Assembly: GCA_950097015.1 (NCBI GenBank)
Contig: CATNEN010000038.1
Location: 3,224,001 to 3,288,000, forward strand
DNA from: Macrostomum hystrix
Lineage: Eukaryota > Animalia > Platyhelminthes
DNA length: 64,000 nt
Direction of reading: 5' to 3'
Shown here: positions 12,780-26,200 of the stretch, in pieces
Layout: every line of letters starts with the position of its first letter
How positions within the stretch are numbered: position 1 is the stretch's first letter
Program-made: the position numbers and the translations under genes
Notes under the pieces: model-generated
Database searches by the model: none
Told to the model about the DNA's origin: nothing
The model's input: only the letters and a program-made list of their open reading frames with translations

Positions 12780-15700
12780 TCAGTCACTCAGCACCTCAGG
12801 GTACACGACATTTCTCGTCCGCTCACCGGAGATCCGGACGCGCACGCTGTCGACATTCTTGGCCCGGGACAGCGCCGTGTACAGCTGGCCGTGGGCGAAG
12901 CAGCCGACAGCTAGGTCGATGCCCACGGTGTCGAGCGACTGGCCCTGCGACTTGTGGATCGTCAGGCAGAAGCTCGGCTTGACTGGGAACTGCAGCCGCT
13001 TGAAGCAGACTGGCAGGTCAGCATTGTTGGGCTCCAGTGGAATCCGCGGCAGCAGGATCTCATCTCCAGTGAACTGGCCGGCAGCGACTTTGCAGCGCAG
13101 CACATTCTCGCCCAGCTCCAGGATGATCAGCCGGGTGCCGTTGCACAGCCGTGGCGGATTCAGATTCCGCAGCAGAACCAGCGGCATGCCCACCTTGAGC
13201 TTCAGCAGGTGAGCAGGGAAGTTCGGAGCATCCAGCTGATTCAGCAGCTCCGGAGGAAAGTGCGTGGCCGCTTCCTCGTCAGCCACGCTGTCCACTGAGC
13301 GATACTCGCGCAGTTGGCCTGGGAACATGGCCAGGCACTCGTTGTTGATCGCGTCAACCGCATCGTTGTAGGGCGCCAGAATGGCTCGGCTGGCAAAGTA
13401 GCCGTCGCGCTCCGCTGACGCCTCGAACGAAGGGTACACGAACTGGATCAGCTCGGACAGCGGTGCCTCCGTCGGAATGATGATCTTGGCAGGAAGGCAG
13501 ACCGTGTCGTCTGACTGATCGGCTACCCCAGAGCCGATCTGTGTGGGGTTGGCAGGTAAATGCACGAGAACTGCAGCCTGTGAGGTTATCTAAAAACAGC
13601 AAGAACAAAGCTTACCTGCATGAGCAGCTGCATATAGCGATGGTACAGCTCAGCATCAGCACAGCTCTGCAGCCGGATGTTCTTGGATAGGCGGTGCCTC
13701 CGGAACAAAGACCACAGCGGGGACTTGCTAACACACGCCAGGATGTTGTTAGCGCGCGTGCCATTTTTCACCACCGGCAGCAGCTGGCGAAAGTCTCCAG
13801 CGCAGACCACGACGATTCCGCCGAACGGGCAGTCCTGCTTCCGCAGGTCTCGCAGACTGCGGTCGACAGCCTCCAGGTCCTTCCGGTTTGTCATGGAGAT
13901 CTCGTCCCAGACGATCAGCCGTACAGTGCGAAAGACTGCGGCCAGCTTAGACTGCGCTCGGACAGAACACACGTCCTTGTCAGAGCGAACCAGCCGCACT
14001 GGGATCTTGAATCTGGCGAAAAATGTAGATTGAGACTGAATGAGCAGGAGAACATTAAGTGTGAATTTGATTTCCATTAAAAAACGCACGTTGAATGCGC
14101 CGTCTGCCCGCCTGGCAGCAGGGTGGCTGCGATTCCCGACGACGCAACAGCCAGGGCGACTTCCCCTCGACTCCGCACAAACGCCAGCAAAACCTCCAGC
14201 AGGAAGGTCTTGCCAGTGCCTGCCGGAGCGTCAATGAAATGCAGGCCGCCCGAGCCAGCGACAAGATCCACAGTCACAGCCTCGTAGATGGCCATCTGCT
14301 CGGCCGTGAGCATTGGCAGCCGCATCTCGGTGATCTCCGCCTGTTCGACCGTGTCAAACTGCAGCGGCCCGACTTGCGGCATTGCAGAGGCAGCAGGCAG
14401 TCCGTACTCTTGCAGACTGCGGCCGCCCATTGACGTCAGCATGCTCTGCAGCTCCCGCAGAGCCAGGTCGCTGACTTCCTCGGCGCTTAAGTCCGGTTGG
14501 TGGAAGCGCAGGTCTTCGCAGAGATCCTCTGCAAACCTGCTCCACAGATCAGCGCCGTCGTCTGGCTCGCCCCAGATGAGAACGACAGCCAGCAGGTGCC
14601 TCAGAGCTCGCGGCATTCGGCTCTGGACAGCCTCAGTCATGCAGCGATGCCAGTGATCATCACGCTGCAGCAGGCCGAGAGCCATGCAGGCGGCCTTGGC
14701 GCTGGCACAATGCACGCCGGCCACGGTCTGCAGCGACTCGAAGCTGGTCGGTCCTCGCACGTGCAGCAGCAACAGCCGCAGGTAGAACAGGTCACCAGCT
14801 CTAGGACTGACCGTGTACATCCGCGCAATGTTGGTGTTGCGCTTCACGCCGGGATGTCCTTCGACATCGACGCCCTGCTTGGCTCGACGCCACTCTCTCG
14901 CACTCGGGTGCCACACGAAGAAGGTGGGCACCTCTGTGTAGAGTAGCAGGCGGGCGAACTCGTCAGTGCGGCACAGCTTGAAGAAGGCCGTCAGTGTCGA
15001 GTCTCGTGGCGCCTTTGCTCTGGCGCCCGCGGTCTGCTCGTTGAAGTACACGAGCTGCTCTTCCGACTTGTGCACACAGAGTCGGATGACCGCTGGGAAC
15101 CTGTTGTGCACCTGGGCAAAGGTGAGGATATTTTTTGAGCATCAGAGCTGCTGAAAAAAACGTAATGCAGTACTAAAAGCACAGGCAATGAAAGCAGAGC
15201 AGAGCAATTACCTCAAAGGCCAAGATGGTGTTAACAGCTTCCATCGGACCAATGTAGCGTGCAGACAGGTACTCGGAGATTTCATCACGGGGCTTCTCCG
15301 GCTGCTCAGATTGAGCACTCGGCTGAGCTTCAGCAGCTCCTGCGGCGGCGGCGACTTTGAAAACCGCCATGTCGCCATTCTTCATCAAGTACTTGATCAC
15401 GTACTTGACAGACTTGACAGTGGCACAAACCTCTACGTTCAAATGGCACGCGAACTGTAGCAGCAGGTCAGGGTTGTATGGCACCACCCACCTGGTGATT
15501 GGAGGGAAGCAGCGGCTTGCAGAGCACAGAAATGCTATGGCCACGCAGCTACTGACTCACCTGTTGTCCATTTGGATGCTGCGACCCTTGAACAGTTTGT
15601 CCACCGTGAAGCCTCCCATCTCAGGGGAGCGCCTCCTGTAGAACGGATAGCCGCTGTCGCTCGTCAGCGTCACCGGCTGGAAGTCCTTCGGGAAGCTCTT

Positions 15701-18700
15701 GCTGCACTTGCCGTTCTCCATGCAAGGGCAGGCCGGGTTCAGCTCGCCACACGGCCCGTGGATCATGTGGGTCTTGACCAGCTCGTGCAGCACTGGCTGC
15801 CGCTGTGGGTCTGGGATCTCCGCAGACACGATGGCATCGTAGCGATCCGGGGTGACTCGACTCCCGTTCGCCAGCCAGAGCAGGAAGTGCACATGGGGAA
15901 GGCCTGAGGCGAGTTGATAAAAGCATGCGGACTCGTTATTCCAGGCTGTTAATATTGCCAATGTCTGCATGAAAATCTGATTTTACTCACCGCGCTTCTG
16001 GTACTCCAAGGAGCACACATGCGCAGCCTCCTTGCCAAAACGCTTCCTGAGCACTTCAAGCAGAGCCTTTTTCTTCAGTTCAAAGACTCGAGTCACAATG
16101 TCCGGGCGGTCCTCTGCCCGCTGACCGGGCAGCAGCTGCACGCTGATTTCCGGCCACTTCGGGTTGCATGTGGCTGTGACAAACAGGTCCGGCTTGCCGA
16201 ACTTGTGCACGTAGGCCATTGCATCTTGCAGCCGCTCCATCAGGTACCTGGGTCCACCTACAAAGCTGGAAGACAGGTACACATGGGCAGGCTTACCAAT
16301 CTCATTGGGGTCTCTCTCGGTGCTCCTGCCATCAGCAGCGAACAGAGCGTCTCGCAGGCCGCTGTAGGTCTCGCTGCGCAGGTCGTTCTGATGAGTGCGC
16401 AGGTACAGCAGCCTCTCGGACTCGATCTTGGCAGCCATGTCAACCAGGTACTGCTGGAAGAGGCGCCTGCCGTGGTGCAGCACGTTGAACTGGCCAGCTC
16501 GCACCATGATTTCGCTGGCGTAGTACTTCATGGGCGTCAGCTTCCGCCCATTCGCCATCTGCAGCTCTGGGTGCCAGCCGTCCTCGCCATTCGGGAACAG
16601 CAGCACGTACTCCAGAGGGTCGTAGGACCGGTGGGTCTCGGATATGCGCTGGACTTCGCCTCCGCGCAGTCGAATCACAACGTCACGGCTTGTCGGTGCG
16701 TCCTCGGAACCACCGACAACCAGGATGCCAACCTCATTGGCAGTAGGGAGATTGTAACGCCTGGGAATGAACAGGAATGGAATTGGTACAGCAGGTACTT
16801 CACAGAATCAACTGCACAGACTGAACAGTATAAGTGCAGGCGAAATAGGATCCCAACCAGCAGCTCCATAACACAGCTCACTCACCGAATGTGCTCCCCA
16901 GCTGGTCGTCGGTCCGGGTGAATCACAATTCGCGCATCTCCCAGCTCAGGGTCGCCACTGATCCGCTGAGCAGCAGCTCGCAGGCTCTGCACATAGCCGT
17001 TGCACTCGTGCAGCACAGTTTGCAGCAGCTCCAGCAGCTCCGGCTTCACCTTCTGGCTGAGGCTCAGGCGGCTCTCCAGCTCGCGGTCCGTGAAGTACAC
17101 CTGCCAGCCATGCGGCACGGCTGAGGTGTCGGCAAGCAGCGGCCCCATGTTGTGATGCAGCTGGCCGCTGATGATGAAGCTGGGACTCCAGCCAGGCACC
17201 AGTCTGAGCCTCGCACCCAGAGATGTCAGGTGCAGCACAGAGTTGTAGCTCCTGATGTTAGCCAGGAACTCTGCACTGAGGCGGTGCTGCCCCGTGTACA
17301 GATCTGCCAGGACCTGCGGCATGGAACGGGTGGGCAGCTTCACCTTGCCCTTGGCGCAGCAGAAATTGCTCGTCTCCTTGGCCCACAGCAGGGCGCCGCA
17401 GTCATTGCAGGCGCGGTTCATTGGGCCGCATTGGTGAGCCGGGGCTTCTGGCATCACCGGCTCGGCATGCCTGTGAGCAGGGTTTGAGTAGGGGTTGAGC
17501 AGAGTTTATTAAGAGGGTACATTGATTTGATTGACATTGCTTTCCATGCTAGTGATTTATTTGTGTCAGCAGATTAAACTGATTTAAACGAATAAATGCA
17601 AAATAACAAAAGCAAGTTACTCACATCTGCTCAGCCTGTGCTCCAGTGTCAGCACATGAGCTGGGGCTGTCAGCTGGCATCGCTCTCGGGCCCTTGGCTT
17701 TCTTGGCCCTCTTGGCAGGAGTTTTGCTTGCTGCCAAGCTTGGAAACTCTGCATCTGAAAGGGCTTGCAAAGGCTCTCGAAGTCTCAGTGACTCGTAATG
17801 CTCATGGCGCAAGAGCACGCGCACAATCGCATTAGGAGGATAGAGATTAGCCCTGAAATACTGCATCACATTACCATTGGCCTGGTAAATGACCAGGTCC
17901 ACATTAAAGCAGCGGCTCAACAAAGAGGCAACTTCGTCTGAAACATAAGTGCCTGTTTGAAAAGAGGAACTCACAATGTCATCAGCACTCTCAGGTGCGA
18001 TGAGGCCATCTGCAACCAACTGTGGCATGAGTTCTGCAACACGGCAAGACAAATCCTGCCGCAAGGAGGCTGCGTCAGTTTCTAGCGGGGTTCCACGCAG
18101 CTGATCACACACAGCATAAAAGAAGCAATTGCCATCACCAATAATAGGGATTACCTGCAACTGCTCAAATGGTACAATAGCTTCCATACATTGCTGCTGG
18201 GTGTCCGACCTAAGTTGGCAATGCAGTGAAAATAAAGCACAGCTGCATTTACAGAATTTTTAAACCAATTGTTGGACTGCAGGTTAAGTTACTCAAATCT
18301 ACAGCAAAAAAATCAACACTTATGAGGCGATTTAGAAAAAAACTAAATAAAACCATAATTATGTTATGTAACGTTATTTTATAGAGCCTCATAAAACTCA
18401 CTTGGAAACCAAAGCTCCACGGCGACGAATCTGCTCGGCTTCCAGTCGGGCAGCCCGCTCTGCCTCAGTCTCAGCATCTCTGCGCTGAGCATCCCGCTGC
18501 TGCTGTTCCTCCAGTCGGGCAGCTCGCTCTGCCTCAGTCTCAGCATCTCTGCGCTGAGCATCCCGCTGCTGCTGTTCCTCCAGTCGGGCAGCTCGCTCTG
18601 CCTCAGTCTCAGCATCTCTGCGCTGAGCATCCCGCTGCCGCTGTTCCTCCAGTCGGGCAGCTCGCTCTGCCTCAGTCTCAGCATCTCTGCGCTGAGCATC

Positions 18701-19087
18701 CCGCTGCCGCTGTTCCTCCAGTCGGGCAGCTCGCTCTGCCTCAGTCTCAGCATCTCTGCGCTGAGCATCCCGCTGCCGCTGTTCCTCCAGTCGGGCAGCT
18801 CGCTCTGCCTCAGTCTCAGCATCTCTGCGCTGAGCATCCCGCTGCCGCTGTTCCTCCAGTCGGGCAGCTCGCTCTGCCTCAGTCTCGACATCTCTGCGCT
18901 CAGCGATCCGCTGCCGCTGTTCCTCCAGTCGGGCAGCTCGCTCTGCCTCAGTTTGAGAGGCTCGCTTCTCAGCCATTCGCTGACGTCGTTCTTCCAAACG
19001 GACCTCGCGATCGGCCTCGGATTCAGCTTGTCGCCGTCGCTTGGCATCGCGACTTTTCTTCAAACTGCTTGCGCCGCGTCGAACCAT
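12780..19087 (-). CDS. Helitron RepHel transposase, 9 exons, ~1808 aa (STPR-like repeats, OTU-like protease, Zn motif, HUH/Y2 Rep, PIF1-family SF1B helicase)
   Basis: Exons 19087-18402, 18209-17625, 17470-16886, 16760-15991, 15903-15561, 15491-15212, 15111-14090, 14012-13616, 13538-12780. All introns are GT-AG and frame-consistent (5427 nt). Motifs: CNDC...CCAKG, RRYNLPTANEV, DLFVTATCNPKW, EYQKRGLPHVH (HUH), DNRWVVPYNP, KYVIKY, DAPAGTGKT (Walker A), IVWDEISM, GDFRQLLPV, LRNLNPPRLCNGTRL, TIHKSQGQS, HGQLYTALSR. Confidence 0.95.
17625..18209 (-). other. OTU-like cysteine protease exon of RepHel
   Basis: IIGDGNCFFYAV (Asp/Cys loop) and HEHYE (His loop); in frame with both neighbouring exons. Confidence 0.85.
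18402..19024 (-). repeat. Coding 69-bp tandem repeat: 8 full + 1 partial 23-aa STPR-like repeats (ETEAERAARLEEQRQRDAQRRDA)
   Basis: 23-aa period with ETxxERAARL, resembling the STPR DNA-binding repeat of silkworm FMBP-1. Confidence 0.8.
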
Positions 19088-19207
19088 GATTGAGAACTGA
19101 AAAGTAAAATGAAATGATAAGTTGAGAGATAATGAAAGGCTTGAAAGAGAGATAGGTTGTGAAATTTGGATTTGAATTTCGATGTCTGAAGAATCAGATA
19201 AGGAGCC

Positions 19208-19213
19208 TTTATA
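19208..19213 (-). promoter_or_regulatory. Possible TATA box of RepHel
   Basis: TATAAA on the minus strand ~120 nt upstream of the ATG at 19087; motif match only. Confidence 0.3.
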
Positions 19214-19689
19214 AACCACACTAATTTGCAAGCTATATATCATCACAGTGGGCTGAATCGGATATTATCTTAAGACCTAGGGTAAAAATCGATAAAACGG
19301 ACCTCTGACCGCTTGAAATCTTAAAAACCGATGGAATGGGGTGAGGGCTCTCCAGCCCGTGCGTGCACATTTGGGGGCAAGAGGGGGAATAATGTACATT
19401 GCCTGCGCCAGCCTAGAATAGCCGGTAAGGACTTGGATTGGGTAGGCCAGTGCGCCCAAATTTCAATATGATAGCGTCTAAGTTATCTCAAAGGCCTTTC
19501 ACGTCTCTAAACTCTCAACTCTAAATTGATGTGAAAAAATGCGTCCACTGACCGATTACCACACGATGATAGTCTTGAGTCTTGATGAAACTTGTATGTC
19601 ACTGTTGTGCCTTGAAATCTGACAGTGCTGTGCTTTCGAATCAGTCATTATTGTCTTAAATAAATATCATTGTATATTTACAAATTCGG

Positions 19690-20582
19690 AGCCTATGTAT
19701 CTATCAATTCTAATTTCTGAGCCTAGATTTCAATCGATTCTGTGCCTAGATACCCATCGATTCTCAGCCTAGATTTCAATCGCTTCTGGGCTTAGATATC
19801 TTTCAATTCTGAGCCTAGACATCTATACGTGTATTCTGAGCCTTGATTTCAATTGATTCTGAGCTTAGATATGTATCGATTCTGAGCCTAGATTTCTATC
19901 GATTCTGAGCCTCGATAACTATCAATGCTAAGCCTAGATTTCTATCGATTCTGAGCCTCGATAACTATCAATGCTGAGCCTAGATATCTATAAAAATGTT
20001 GAGCCTAGATATCTATAAAAAATGTTGAGCCTAGATATCTTTCAATACTGAGCCTAGATAACTATCAATGCTGAGCCTAGATATCTATAAAATGTTGAGC
20101 CTAGATATCTATAAAAATGTTGAGCCTAGATATCTATAAAAATGTTGAGCCTAGATAACTATCAATGCTGAGGCTAGATAACTATCAATGCTGAGCCTAG
20201 AAATCTATCAATGCTGAGCCTAGATAATCATAAAAAATGTTGAGCCTAGATAACTATCAATGCTGAGCCTAGATATCTATCAATGATGAGCCTAGATATC
20301 TATCAATGCTGAGCCTAGATATCTATCAATGCTGAGCCTAGATATCTATCAATGCTGAGCCTTTAGATATCTATCAATGCTGAGCCTAGATATCTTTCAA
20401 TGCTGAGCCTAGATATCCATAAAAATGTTGAGCCTAGATATCTATCTTCTATCTATGCTGAGCCTAGATAACTATCAATGCTGAGCCTAGATATCTATCA
20501 ATGCTGAGCCTAGATATCTATCAATGCTCAGCCTAGATATCTATCAATGCTCAGCCTAGATATCTATCGATTCTGAGCCTGG
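19690..20582. repeat. 23-bp satellite (TCAATGCTGAGCCTAGATATCTA)n upstream of RepHel (also 31817-32709)
   Basis: Same family as the type C satellite; becomes degenerate toward 19690. Confidence 0.92.
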
Positions 20583-21185
20583 ATTTGTATTTATGCTATT
20601 TGGCTGTGTCATTGTTGTGCCTGGGATTCGGTTCGGTTCGCTTCGCTCTGCTAGAAAAAGGCCGATCACTTGGATCAATTCAGTTCTCAGCTGTAGCCTT
20701 TTGGTGTATGATGTGAATATGCTATTTGATTGAAAAAAACTCAATAAATAAATAAATAAAATAATAAAATATCACACTGCCAGCAGTTAACAGAAGCCAG
20801 CTCAGCCTGTGCACATTGGGCAGTAATTATCTCGCCAGTGGGGTTGACACAGCTATGCACATTTGGGTGAGAAATTTCTTATCAGTACGCTCGCCTAACA
20901 AAACTGGCCCTGATGCAATCATTAAAAATTGGCACTGGAGCCTCACTGTGCACAAGCTGAAAACAAGAATGCATTAGAAAAGCCTATTTAAAACAGTTTT
21001 TCGAATATTTAATCCCCTTGGCAATGGAATTAAGCTTAATAAAATTACGTGTACCGATTCCGGCCCATTTGTGATCTTTTGGCGAAGGAATTTTGAAAAT
21101 CGGTTGAGCCGTTCGGGAGCTAGTCGATTGCAAACATACAAGCAAGCAAGCAAGCAAGCAAGATTTTCATTTTTAGTATATTAGA

Positions 21186-23221
21186 CTAGCTGCCTTCGCT
21201 ACCCTCTGGGTAGCCTCCCTGTGAGTTCTTATCAGTACGCGCGTGCGTTATCAAAACTGGCTCTGATGCAATCATTAAATTTGGCACTGGAGGCCTCACT
21301 GTGCACAAGCTGAAAACAAGAATGCATTAGAAAAGCCTATTTAAAACTGTTTTTTGAATATTTAATCCCCTTGGCAATGGAATTAAGCTTAATAAAAATA
21401 CGTGTACCGATTCCGGCCCATTTGTGATCTTTTGGCGAAGGAATTGCGAAAATCGGTTAAGCCGTTCGGGAGCTAGTCGATTGCAAACAAACATACAAGA
21501 TTTTCATTTTTAGTATATTAGAAGACTAGCTGCCTTCGCTACCCTCTGGGTAGCCTCCCTGTGAGTTCTTATCAGTACGCGCGTGCGTTATCAAAACTGG
21601 CTCTGATGCAATCATTAAAATTGGCACTGGAGGCCTCACTGTGCACAAGCTGAAAACAAGAATGCATTAGAAAAGCCTATTTAAAACAGTTTTTCGAATA
21701 TTTAATCCCCTTGGCAATGGAATTAAGCTTAATAAAAATACGTGTACCGATTCCGGCCCAATTGCGATCTTTTGGCGAAGGAATTGCGAAAATCGGTTGA
21801 GCGGTTCGGGAGCTAGTCGATTGCAAACATACAAGCAAGCAAGATTTTCATTTTTAGTATATTACTAGCTGCCTTCGCTACCCTCTGGGTAGCCTCCCTG
21901 TGAGTTCTTATCAGTACGCGCGTGCGTTATCAAAACTGGCTCTGATGCAATCATTAAATTTGGCACTGGAGGCCTCACAGTGCACAAGCTGAAAACAAGA
22001 ATGCATTAGAAAAGCCTATTTAAAACAGTTTTTCGAATATTTAATCCCCTTAGCAATGAAATTAAGCTTAATAAAAATACGTGTACCGATTCGGGACCAA
22101 TTGTGATCTTTTGGCGAAGGAATTGCGAAAATCGGTTGAGCCGTTCGGGAGCTAGTCGATTGCAAACAAGCAAGCAAGATTTTCATTTTTAGTATATTAG
22201 ATTAGACTAGCTGCCTTCGCTACCCTCTGGGTAGCCTCCCTTGAGTTCTTATCAGTGCCTTATCAAAATTGGCTCTGATGCAATCATTAAAATTGGCACT
22301 GGAGCCTCACTGTGCACAAGCTGAAAACAAGAATGCATTAGAAAAGCCTATTTAAAACAGTTTTTCGAATATTTAATCCCCTTGGCAATGAAATTAAGCT
22401 TAATAAAATTACGTGTACCGATTCCGGCCCAATTGTGATCTTTTGGCGAAGGAATTGTGAAAATCGGTTGAGCCGTTCGAGAGCTAGTCGATTGCAAACA
22501 TACAAACATACAAACAAGATTTTCATTTTTAGTATATTAGACTAGCTGCCTTCGCTACCCTCTGGGTAGCCTCCCTGTGAGTTCTTATCAGTACGCGCGT
22601 GCGTTATCAAAACTGGCTCTGATGCAATCATTAAAATTGGCACTGGAGGCCTCACTGTGCACAAGCTGAAAACAAGAATGCATTAGAAAAGCCTATTTAA
22701 AACTGTTTTTCGAATATTTAATCCCCTTGCCAATGGAATTAAGCTTAATAAAATTACGTGTACCGATTCGGGCCCATTTGTGATCTTTTGGCGAAGGAAT
22801 TTCGAAAATCGGTTGAGCCGTTCGGGAGCTAGTCGATTGCAAACAAGCAAGCAAGCAAGCAAGCAAGCAAGATTTTCATTTTTAGTATATTAGACTAGCT
22901 GCCTTCGCTACCCTCTGGGTAGCCTCACTGGAGTTCTTATCAGTTCGTTATCAAAACTGGCTCTGATGCAATCATAAAAATTGGCACTGGAGCCTCACTG
23001 TGCACAAGCTGAAAACAAGAATGCATTAGAAAAGCCTATTTAAAACTGTTTTTCGAATATTTAATCCCCTTGGCAATGGAATTAAGCTTAAAAAAAATAC
23101 GTGTACTGATTCGGGCCCATTTGTGATCTTTTGGCGAAGGAATTGTGAAAATCGGTTGAGCCGTTCGGGAGCTAGTCGATTGCAAACAAACATACAAGAT
23201 TTTCATTTTTAGTATATAAGA
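21186..23221 (-). mobile_element. Six type B mini-Helitrons in tandem
   Basis: Starts at 21186, 21526, 21865, 22207, 22542 and 22895. Confidence 0.92.
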
Positions 23222-26200
23222 CTAGCAATTTGTGCCCCCCTTTGGGGAGCTTAAACCTAAAGGCAACTTTGAAATTATGAAACAATTTTGGTTAGTCAAT
23301 AAAAAAATGTATAGCAGCTAACGAAGTTCAGTATTTAAACAAACAAAAATGTAAACTTTTATTGACGACCTAATAAAATGAAATAAAATAAAATCTCTTT
23401 TATTGATGCTCCTTTGTCCTTTACCATACAAATCTAGACAGTCCCTTGTCCAAATATATACTGATTTAGGTGCTGATTCAGATGCATCTGCAGAAATCGC
23501 CACCAGCAAGACCAGAAACCCTGCACAGTTTGATCAACTGGATCTATTCCCAGGTGTCAGTCTTTCTACTTGCTGGCTTCAAGTCCGCATGGGAGATTGA
23601 ATTTGAGAAGTCAATAATAGTAAAATAAGAAATGTAGCAATCAATCCACTTTAGGCCAGTTAATAACTGCAAACTCATTCTCACATATTTCAGTGACAAT
23701 AAAATTAGTAGTGAGGTGGGGGTTGGGCAGATGCTTCTGCAGAGTTTGCCACCAGCAAGACCAGAAACCCTGCACAGTTTGATCAAATTGATCTATTCCC
23801 AGGTGTCAGTCTTTCTACTTGCTGGCTTCAAGTCCGCATGGGAGATTGAATTTGAGAAGTCAATAATAGTAAAATAAGAAATGTAGCAATCAATCCACTT
23901 TAGGCCAGTTAATAACTGCAAACTCATTCTCACATATTTCAGTGACAATAAAATTAGTAGTGAGGTGGGGGTTGGGCAGATGCTTCTGCAGAGTTTGCCA
24001 CCAGCAAGACCAGAAACCCTGCACAGTTTGATCAAATGGATCTATTCTCAGGTGTCAGTCTTTCTGCTTGCTGGCTTCAACTCCGCATCGTGGGAGACAT
24101 GCATGGGGGCTAAGCAATGCACTCAGCACACTCAGCAGCTGGGAACAGCTGTTTACTCTCGAATTAAGCATCACAAGGAGCCTACAGGTCTGCTAAGGCT
24201 ACTTCAGACCATGGTTGCATAGTCTCTCCAGTTTAAGCAGAAGAAAGTATGGATCATGAAAGTAGCGAACATGTACTTTTCAACTGCTTCTCAGGGCCCA
24301 CACTATGCAGCCAACCTGCTCTCACTACAGTGGCACGAAACCTTACAATGCTAATCTATATTTGTCTACATTTTATTTTCAAGCTTTTGCTTGCAATTTT
24401 CGCACATGAAGTGCTCAATTATTTCTAGCTAATCTATATTTGTCTACATTTTATTTTCAAGCTTTTGCTTGCAATTTTCGCACATGAAGTGCTCAATTAT
24501 TTCTAGCTAATCTATATTTGTCTAATTTTTTTCAAGCTTTTGCCTGCAATTTTCGCACATGAAGTGCTCAATTATTTCTAGCTAATCTATATTTGTCTAA
24601 TTTTTTTCAAGCTTTTACTTGCAATTTTCGCACATGAATGAGTAATTCTTTTCTATAATAGCTAGAATTATGTTTGTATCTGTTTGTTAATTAGCGAGCT
24701 TGAGTAGCATCGCATTTTTTCAAAATTTTATATGCTTCAGCTTTTGGCTGGTAATAATCTGACTAAATGGCTTTAACTATGGTGGTGCACTTGTTTTTAA
24801 GGTTTTTAGTGCCACTGTAACAGGATTTGAACTGATATGCCTTCCATGGGCCCATGGTGTTAAACACCATTTACATATCAGGTGGCTCAACTTGTGATAC
24901 CGAGGTTCAGTCACTCAGCACCTCAGGGTACACGACATTTCTCGTCCGCTCACCGGAGATCCGGACGCGCACGCTGTCGACATTCTTGGCCCGGGACAGC
25001 GCCGTGTACAGCTGGCCGTGGGCGAAGCAGCCGACAGCTAGGTCGATGCCCACGGTGTCGAGCGACTGGCCCTGCGACTTGTGGATCGTCAGGCAGAAGC
25101 TCGGCTTGACTGGGAACTGCAGCCGCTTGAAGCAGACTGGCAGGTCAGCATTGTTGGGCTCCAGTGGAATCCGCGGCAGCAGGATCTCATCTCCAGTGAA
25201 CTGGCCGGCAGCGACTTTGCAGCGCAGCACATTCTCGCCCAGCTCCAGGATGATCAGCCGGGTGCCGTTGCACAGCCGTGGCGGATTCAGATTCCGCAGC
25301 AGAACCAGCGGCATGCCCACCTTGAGCTTCAGCAGGTGAGCAGGGAAGTTCGGAGCATCCAGCTGATTCAGCAGCTCCGGAGGAAAGTGCGTGGCCGCTT
25401 CCTCGTCAGCCACGCTGTCCACTGAGCGATACTCGCGCAGTTGGCCTGGGAACATGGCCAGGCACTCGTTGTTGATCGCGTCAACCGCATCGTTGTAGGG
25501 CGCCAGAATGGCTCGGCTGGCAAAGTAGCCGTCGCGCTCCGCTGACGCCTCGAACGAAGGGTACACGAACTGGATCAGCTCGGACAGCGGTGCCTCCGTC
25601 GGAATGATGATCTTGGCAGGAAGGCAGACCGTGTCGTCTGACTGATCGGCTACCCCAGAGCCGATCTGTGTGGGGTTGGCAGGTAAATGCACGAGAACTG
25701 CAGCCTGTGAGGTTATCTAAAAACAGCAAGAACAAAGCTTACCTGCATGAGCAGCTGCATATAGCGATGGTACAGCTCAGCATCAGCACAGCTCTGCAGC
25801 CGGATGTTCTTGGATAGGCGGTGCCTCCGGAACAAAGACCACAGCGGGGACTTGCTAACACACGCCAGGATGTTGTTAGCGCGCGTGCCATTTTTCACCA
25901 CCGGCAGCAGCTGGCGAAAGTCTCCAGCGCAGACCACGACGATTCCGCCGAACGGGCAGTCCTGCTTCCGCAGGTCTCGCAGACTGCGGTCGACAGCCTC
26001 CAGGTCCTTCCGGTTTGTCATGGAGATCTCGTCCCAGACGATCAGCCGTACAGTGCGAAAGACTGCGGCCAGCTTAGACTGCGCTCGGACAGAACACACG
26101 TCCTTGTCAGAGCGAACCAGCCGCACTGGGATCTTGAATCTGGCGAAAAATGTAGATTGAGACTGAATGAGCAGGAGAACATTAAGTGTGAATTTGATTT

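Larger units (their letters stand above)
11095..21185 (-). mobile_element. Autonomous Helitron type D, copy 1 (10.1 kb)
   Basis: 5' TCTAATATACTAAAAATG; 3' GCTCCCC-AAA-GGGGGGC hairpin + ACAAATTG + CTAG; contains the RepHel gene. Confidence 0.95.

Noticed and set aside
12727-17835. Plus-strand and alternate-frame ORFs over RepHel, and Val-rich antisense ORFs over the mucin
   Set aside because: Shadows of GC-rich or Thr-rich coding sequence with no motifs of their own.
16886-18209. RepHel exons 2 and 3 are both exactly 585 nt
   Set aside because: No sequence similarity between them; treated as coincidence.
18402-20582. 23-aa protein repeat next to 23-bp DNA repeats
   Set aside because: A numerical coincidence with no sequence relationship.
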